A stretch of 52,459 nucleotides of DNA, filler included, from Sphacelaria rigidula (lineage: Eukaryota), in the NCBI GenBank assembly GCA_964200075.2. It is 4 parts of 4 records of this genome, joined end to end, with 100 filler letters (N's around TTAATTAATTAA, not from the genome) between each part and the next. Parts side by side here need not be neighbours in the genome. Positions count along the whole stretch, not along the records: positions 39,422 to 52,459 come from CAXNAA020003215.1; 3 more parts are not named here. One strand, written 5' to 3'. The position numbers and the translations under genes were made by a program. Shown here piece by piece: positions 39,322 to 47,888 of this stretch (its first letter is position 1; each line of letters opens with the position of its first letter). The notes beneath the pieces were generated by a model, which was not told the origin of the DNA, ran no database searches, and saw only the letters and a program-made list of their open reading frames with translations.

Positions 39322-39421
39322 NNNNNNNNNNNNNNNNNNNNNNNNNNNNNNNNNNNNNNNNNNNNTTAATTAATTAANNNNNNNNNNNNNNNNNNNNNNN
39401 NNNNNNNNNNNNNNNNNNNNN
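39322..39421. other. Artificial contig-join spacer
   Basis: Same 100-bp spacer. Confidence 0.98.
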
Positions 39422-40226
39422 CGAAAGGGATGCGTGGTCAATGGTCACACGACTAAGGCAAGCAACAAATGAGTACGCCCCCCTCCCCCCCAATTATGTG
39501 CAGACCGAAATACGGCATGCAGCAGCAGTACAACTGTTCAGGCCCTCTCCAGCGCACATCACACCATGTTCGTCGTAGAGTGCTTGGATGCACAGCAGTA
39601 CAGCGACAACTACAGCATAAAAATGATGGTTGTGGGAAGCGCCTCGTTCGTTTGACGTAGAACGAAACAGCCAACTTCGACAGTCGACAGTGTGTATACA
39701 GCACTGCGTGCCAAAAAACATAATTTCGCTCATTTTCTGTAAAGACCAAGGCAGCGACAGTAAGGCAACTAGCGCAGTCCCAGCGGAGACCAAACCGTCT
39801 TCGCGAAGGTCCGAACACACCACAGTACAGTGACAGCTACAGCACATGAGAGAGAGCGTGAGTATGTTTCTGCTGCAGCACGGTGAAACAGCACATGTCC
39901 AATGTGATCGCTATTCCCGTCATTTCAGATGGATCCTCAATTATTGCTGAGTGCCGAATTTTGAACGCTCGGCCATGATCGCGCTCCGCGCTATATTCTT
40001 TTTGTTCACCTCGACTTAGCCTTATCTGTAGTAGAGGAGCCGAAAAGCATGTCCTGCTGTATCTCATGCTTGCTGCCTTCTCTTGCTTTGAACTGCCGTG
40101 CAAACCGGATACACGTCACGTTTGTTTCGTGCTCGTGCTACTCGCTGTCTGTGTCAAGTTGTGCTCAACACTCTTTCTTTGTGCATATGCTGCTGTGCTG
40201 ACTTCATGAGAACACCACTGCCACAT

Positions 40227-40350
40227 CAACCGTTCTCGGCGTGTGGTCTGGTGTGCGCCCTACGCGCGATGATGGAGCTGGTGTGTCTCACCAACCGTCT
40301 GCGGCGTATGGTCTGGTGTGCGTCCTACGCGCGATGACAGAGCTGGTGTG
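40227..40350. repeat. Tandem duplication, 65-bp period, 2 copies
   Basis: CAACCGT..CGGCGTrTGGTCTGGTGTGCGyCCTACGCGCGATGA..GAGCTGGTGTG occurs twice. Confidence 0.85.
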
Positions 40351-43300
40351 GTATGTGCTGGGAGGACGGAAAACCCTTCGGGTCTCTTGACCAATAGCAT
40401 GTACGTCTAAAAGACCAAACCGAGAGAACATCAGAACGGTCTTTTCGCCGCGGATTTTGGGTACAAATCTGCTTCCCAAAACACCGTACCGGTAAAGATC
40501 GAGCGGACTTGAGACTGTTGGCCAATAGGAAAGACCGAGCCCACCACCAGAATTTGGTATTCACATCATCATAGTTGGTGGGGCCGTTAAAAGCCAGTTG
40601 TTGAACCGAAATCGGGTGACAGTCCCATCTTGCTCTGAACTTCAGGACCAGACCCGTTTTTCATCCGCGCAAACTCCCCAGTATCGAGAAACATCATGGC
40701 TACTGTCACCAGCCGGTGAAAATTGAGGCAACCACGGGAAAAAAAATCGCTGTCGACGCTCAAGGTTTCGTGCTGGAGCCATCTGTCAAAGTGCAGGTGA
40801 CTTGCATCCGTGATTTCGCTCTCTGCAACTCAATGGGTATAGAGCACCCGGTCTTCCAACCCCAGGTTACCCTTGGTGCACAACGGCGCAAACCAAAGCA
40901 TCAGACGGCCGCGTGCAAGGTGATGCAAGGCCGTCACAAATTTCTTCCTGCAAGCAAAGGCATGTGCTCGGAAATGCAACACGGCGAGTATGGCACCGTG
41001 TACATCTTGTTTTTAGTAAAGACACTCAGTCACAAACATCATCTCTGTTTCGAGTTTGCGTTGTGCTCTTGTTTGGATTTCCCGCTTTTCTTCGATTTCC
41101 CCATTTTGGATCTCTACACCCGTCCACTGCTGGTCCTCAACCCCAAAGTGCCGATCTTCCAACGCGGTTATCTCGGCAATCAAGCGGAGGATCGGACTGC
41201 GGTGTTTCGCGGGCGCTTTCCACACACCCAATTCAAGTCAACATTTTGGCGACTTACTTTACGCGTGACACAAAGCCACACCAAACCGGAATGTTCCAAT
41301 AATAGGTTTTGGGGGTTTTGGAACCGCTGTGGCAAATTGAGCAAATCGCTAACAAGATGGCCTAGCTTTTGTGTGTTTACGGGGGATTGTGAAGTGCCGC
41401 AGACCGGGTTTCTTTCTTTGTCGGGAAAAGCGCGATCAAAAAGTGCTACAGCTGTCGCCGACTAAACTAAGTTAATTGATTATGGAACGTGTATTCTGCT
41501 CGTGTTCTGTTCGTGTACCATGAGATGACATGTCGATTATTCCTCCGCATTGTGTATTATATTTTGGGGGAGTGTTTTTTGGGTTGTTATGCTCTCCTAT
41601 TACCCGCCATAACCGGTTTTCCGCGCGTAAGCTGCGGCGGGTGTGGACGGTTACCATTACTTGATCGCATACGCACATGACAGGGTTACATTTGAGCACT
41701 CAGCTGGTGGCCTGTTGTGCCTGACACCGCACCAACAATCAACATCAATTTCGTTCTTGGGGAAGTTGGCTTGAAAAAGTGCCCCGAGAACAAGACATAA
41801 TTCTATTGTTCCCGGTAGGATCGTAGAGAGAAGTCATCGCCGCCTACGATTGTGATATCCTGCCCTGCGACATACAAAAAAATGCTCGGTGCTAAATGGC
41901 TGCTGCCCCTCTGTGAAGTACGACTGTTGTTTCGTGTGCTCAACACTTGAATTCAGGATTCTTGTGGATTTAGCTCTGGAGGCGTTTGCGACCCGCACAC
42001 TCTTATTTGCATACCTCACCTGTGAATAGGTCGCGCCGAAGTTCTTGCTGGTCATTATACGTAACAGCCCCGCCACTGCCGACCGTCTTGGTCGTTGGCG
42101 CGGCGTTGAGCGAAGAGCATCTTCGTGTGTGCGAGCTGCAGTTGTGGGATATGACTTGTTCTCTTGGTATGTGCAGTGCTCTGTTCAAGTGGCCGGCGGA
42201 CAGGGAGTATGCTTCAACTCTTCTGCCTACTGCCTACACAGTGGCATTTCAGACAAAGTATCAAACAGTATTGGCAAAAAAAAACAGATCTGTTGTCCAC
42301 AGTGACACAAGCTCGCATAGGGTCCACAGCAGCTCTTGAACAGTAAATTTTCTTGCGATTGTATGGTTGTTGTGCACTTCTATTTCACCCATTTACTCCG
42401 GACAACACCCCCTTCCGCAGAATTCCGATGTCCCAAACCCCAATCCGCCGCTTCTGACACGTTTTTGAGGCCCCCCTCTAGGATCCATCCGAAGTCTCTG
42501 ACATCAGAAGGGCTAGGCATAACATGCGACGATGAACGATCCACCGCAATAGGCGACAGTCATCATCCAGCAGTCCAACCGACCCTTCCCCCAGCTGTCA
42601 AGAGAATTGACGCTGACAAAAAGTACTAGCATCTGTTGTCTGCAAACTACCATTTGCATCCAATTCAGGCAGTACAGCACGTTACTGTCTGGGCCACACG
42701 TTTCTTGAAGTCACGGCACATGGTTGCAGAGATCCTGCGGGACTGTCAGACGAAATATTGTACCGAAACGAGCCCCGCGTACGAAGGGTCAATTGTTCAC
42801 CTTGCTGTAGGTCACATGCCCGAGTGCACCAGGATCGGATCAATGCCCGATCGTAATCGCCAGCAATACTACTGCACCTTCAATGTTATTGGGGCACTTT
42901 GGTTACTATGGGAAAACACCGTGCAATACTAACCGGCATTGAATTGTTCCGATCTCACCATTACCTTCGCTTGCCTCCGGGTAGCTGTACTGTGTACATG
43001 CCTCATCGTGAAGTGTAATACTGTACAGTACAATGGAGGAAACACGGAAAGTGCGTCACCACGGCGTTTCCGAAACAGAAGTGGCCGTTCCTTTGAGACT
43101 GAATCTGAGTGAAACACTGGAATAGGTAGACCCGAGCACACCACAAAAGAAAAGGCGATGCCTGTCAGCTTGCTACAGTGCTCTCTGGGTCTGCGGCCGG
43201 GTTTGCATTTTGATTTGGCGTTTGCGTCGTGCATTGGAAACCTTCGACGACCCTGGTGGAGTTCTCGAAAATGGACGCTATCCCAGTGGTTGTGGCAGTT

Positions 43301-45859
43301 TTTCTTTCATCAACCCCGCCGTAGACTCTGTGCAAGCATAGTGGGAGAACCTACACAGCCATGCCCATGGGCGTGTCATGCACCAGCGGGGGTTGGTGAG
43401 TACATGGATAGTGTATCTCGCGTAATCATTTGTTGCATGTCGATGGTGCGTGTACCATCGACAAATGAAGACATATTTTTCATGCCCACACTCCAACATC
43501 CGCGCAAAGAAACGACGAAGCCCACCCCAAGCCCTGGTAGCGTAATAATCCCATCTAGGATTTTTGGGAAAACGATGGAGACGACGGCAACACGGGTCGA
43601 CCAAGAAACACTAGGGCAGTTACAGCATGCGTAGCGGAGTGGATCACTCCCGACAACCAAACCGTCGGCGGACATCCGAGCCCACCCCAACCTGCACGAC
43701 CCTCCATTGATTGCTACGTAAGTTTGGAAAATAGCACCAGTGGGCTTACTGGCGTGCTCCGCATCTATCTAGTCAACCTATCACAGCGTGCTGCCCCACG
43801 TCGACACATGCCGCAAACATCAGCACGATCGAGTCCTTTGACACCTACATCACTACATCCCAAGCCGATTTATGATTTCACCATGCTTGCTGTCCACCTG
43901 ACCCTTGTCCGGGGACGTGTGTACGGGCATGTGCACTTTGGACCGCCGTAGTAGGCCTGTCCAGACGTTGACGATGGGGACGTTGGGCACGGAGATTACC
44001 GGAAACGTTCCTGGCAAACTGGGGTGATGTCCACAGAAAAGGACATCGAAACTGCAAGACACAGTAAGAACCGATATTTTGACTGTGAGGATGATAGATT
44101 CATGGTACAGAATGTGAGTATCGCGGTATCACAATGGCACACGTCGTGCGGTACATTCGCGGTTACATCAAGATTTTGTGGTTTCTGCGGTAATGACAAA
44201 CCTCGGTGTCCTACCGCGGAAATCGTGGTTTTTTGCATGCGCATGCCTAACCTACAGCTGCAGTGGAACGTAATGCCGGTATTCATGTAGGCGTTGTAAG
44301 GGAGTGAGTAGATTGTAACCCCGATAGTCATCGTGTAGACACAAATATATATGCAGGCAATGTACAAAACTTTCGCAGGGCTATGCCCCTGTTTTCAAAT
44401 GGTGTAGCAATAGAGCATCGATTGAAGCTGGTGGGTGCTGGTGCTATTGAGGATCTGGGGCCTCGACAGCACCGTGTTGGCCGAATGTACCAGTACATTT
44501 ATTCTCCGGCTACTACCGACCTTATCACATTTGCGGAGGGCGAGTGACCAAGCCGGTAACGACCGATTACCACCACGTTCATGTCTTCAACTTTCAGGGA
44601 AGGCGTGTGCACTCCCTAATGCCCCTGCACTCAACAGCGTGATAAGAGCAGCTCTAACTTTCGATGGTCAAGGTTGGTTTCTCTGGGTGTCCAGTCTAGA
44701 TGCTAGGAGAGAGACGGACTGATTCCTTGAGACAACGGACTCTTCCCGAGGGAGGCGAGGTGCTGGAAGTTCGACGGGAAATGAACGCACGTTTTTTCGT
44801 CCCTTGACCCAAGTGCTGAAATTCATCGGGCAGTCCCCGGCCTTCCTTGGGTTCATACTGCCACATGCCAAGAAGCTGGAACAACATCAGGAACCCCACT
44901 GATGCGACGACTGAAGGATGCCTCAATGGCCGAATTTCACTTCGCCCTACTACTCGTGCCTGCCCCCTCAAACTATGGCTGGCAGCTTGGGGTAGGGGGC
45001 ATGAGCTGCTGGCAACTTCCGTGCGCACACTGACGAGACATGGATTCCGCTGGCACCTAATCTCTATAGTCTTCAGTTTGCAGCAGCTGTCATGAAGCTC
45101 TGGGTCACTTATGGAATCAAAATGATGGAAATCAAAGCAAAGGATTGTGTTTGAAGCTCCCCACTTGACACGACGAATATAATATTTCCCTGTTTTTGTT
45201 TGGCAACAGTACCTGTCCACCATAAGAAACATGTTCGCCGAAAAGAGCCAAGGAAAACGACATATGTCGGACGAAATATTTCAACAAGCTCCGGAGAATC
45301 CAGCGATATATGAGCAAATATCCCTGACACAGCAACCACCATGGCTCACATTCCACCCAGTTCGTGTGTAGTCGTGCGTCATATCTCACACAGGGCAACA
45401 CCATACCACTCTGGAACAACATGCAAAGGGAACAGTCTACAAGGGATGGGTGGTAACTCAGTAAGTCCTTCAGAATGTGTGGAGCGTATACAGCGAAACT
45501 TGATACTATGTTCAAGAACACGAAAAGCTCTGAAATATCGTTCACATAAAGTCCGTATAGACGCTACTACAGCGACAGTGTGAGACAACGTTCCCTTCAC
45601 AGCTAATGGATGTATGCTCCTTCTCGGCCTGTCATCATTTGTGACCCGCTGCCACCAACAACAGCCGTTGCTGCTCTGGCGCCGTTCTGATCGTTCCAAC
45701 GTGTGGTGTGACATATCGGCATACTGATGGAAGTTCTGTATGTAGGACTGCGCTGCACTGTGCTATACTGCTCTGCTGTGACCAATACTGTATGGGATAT
45801 CAGCCGCACCGACTACAGTAAAGGGCATGCGATGCTGTAGTTAGATTCGTTGCTAGTAC

Positions 45860-46290
45860 CATGGAAACAGTGCGGCTTAAATTTTACCGAATCCAGGCCG
45901 TTTTCGGTCGAATTTTGACGAATGTTACCTGTTATCATTTTGAACGTTAACGACATGATATCATGCTTTGAGACGAGGCGAAGGTGTGGTCTTCCAATGA
46001 TGAAGCGAAAACGAAAAGCCATTTTTGCACATTCGTGCGTTTTTCGCCATTTTGCCGGGTTTCCATTTTCCCGCCCCTTTTTCCGGAAGAGGGGGAAAAA
46101 TGGCCATTTTCGGGCCGACTGCTTGAGTTTCGGCCGCTGCCCATGCAGGAGGTGGCGTGAAAACACAGCAAAACTGGGTCCAACTTGAGAAATGACAAGG
46201 ATTTCAAAGGTATCCTCTCTAACGGCATCGGACAAGGTTGAGGGCCCGTGTAAACCTAGCCTACTTTACTTCTGTGTTGCAGGAAGTACA
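45860..46290 (+). repeat. Copy of the 17690-18165 dispersed repeat
   Basis: Colinear similarity over ~430 bp. Confidence 0.75.
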
Positions 46291-47888
46291 AGCTCTTGTG
46301 AGACCCATCTCATAGATGGTAAAACGTTGTGTCGTATCAGTACAAAAGCATGAAAAAATATGAAGTTACGGTGGGCTTATAGTTTCTTTCCACGCCGCTG
46401 CGCAGCTGATAAAGCCTGGTGAAATATCACCAAATCGTTTCCCTGCAGTGCATCTCGGAGTCGCTGTTTCCACCTAGGGTGGTTTTGTGGTTGGACAGCG
46501 CATGCCGACGATGTTTGGGATAGCCCTGCTGTTTTGCGCAACGCAAAAGGCCCAGCAGGAAGATGAAAACAAAACCCCGTCCCTCGCCATGCACCTGCAG
46601 ATGCCTTCGCACGCCGGCGCGCATCTGTTGAAACTTTTCCCACCGGTACCGATGCAAGGCCCTTGTTCCTATCGTGCGTCTGGGCGTTGTCGTAGCATAT
46701 GGTGCCGTGTAGATCAAGTGTGCATCGAAACGAGCACAGTAGATGTGGTTGCCGTATTTCTCTTTATTCGAACCCATCGTCTGGTTTCTATTTTATTTGT
46801 GGCCTCGGCCACGGTGGCATGTCGTTCAATGTTCGGGAGGAAACCACAATTTCTCAACGAACGGGGACTGGAACGTCGCCGAAATGTCCACAGAGGCCGC
46901 ATATTGACGCTAGTAGCACAAAGTCGTCCGGGTGCGTCTTCACTCAGCGGGTTCAAGTCATGGCACAACTGTCGGGCACATCCTTGCTGGTGTAATTGCA
47001 TGTCGATACCGTTCGAAATTTGTTCTTCACCGTCATTTTTTCTTCGGTGTTTCCGACGAAGATGTACAACTGCGTCTATGTAGAGGGCTTACACAGCCAC
47101 CGCAAAGACACCTGCGGTGCATGAAGTACCCGTCCGCTCCGACATGTCCCGTCCAATAATTCAACATCACCGTGACCCTTCCTCTATACCGTGATACAAC
47201 TCGTGCGTTTTTGCTGGTGCTCCTAAACATGGAAGCTGCATCACCCCCCCATGCGCGCCCGTTCAACTGTGTACCCCAAGTATGTTGCTCATGTGATGTT
47301 GCACAGCTATTGCTGATAAATGTCATCAGGTTCTTTGTTTTGCATATGGGTATCTAGCTGGCTCGTCCTGTGTGACCTGAAACCCTGAGTTGGTTACTTC
47401 GACATAATCAATGCGTCAGGTTTCTTTGATATGATTGGACATCCTCTGACATTAGCGTTGTGCTTCGCATGTTTTCTGGAACGTGATCATCGTGTCGTCG
47501 TACTATACGAATGTTTGATGCGCTTCCCTTCCCTGCTGCAACGATGTGGGGAACGTCCTATTCGATGAAATGATCTTACGACTTGGGATCAGCTTACATG
47601 AGGCGTCATCAAAATTAATGAGATAGGTGCTTTTTTTCCAGAGTATGTGGAGCAATAACACGGCCGTTTGTTCTTCAAAGCGTTCAGATCACCCATGGCT
47701 CACGAGGCATTTTTCGTTTGTCTTGGTATCTGTGCTAACGTAAGCAGTACGGCTTTGGACGAGCGCTATCGAAGAAGCTGACGGCCGACGTCGCGGGCGA
47801 ATAGTGCATCAACAAGCGCTGCTCCAAGCCATCTCAAGGTGCACAGGGTTACGAGGCGGGGTTCCGCTTCGAGTACAGTAGGGCCGGA

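Noticed and set aside
40716-41465. 249-aa ORF (also 4305-5000, 231 aa, and 27777-28466, 229 aa)
   Set aside because: No recognisable motifs. 27777-28466 is simply antisense to the LINE relic.
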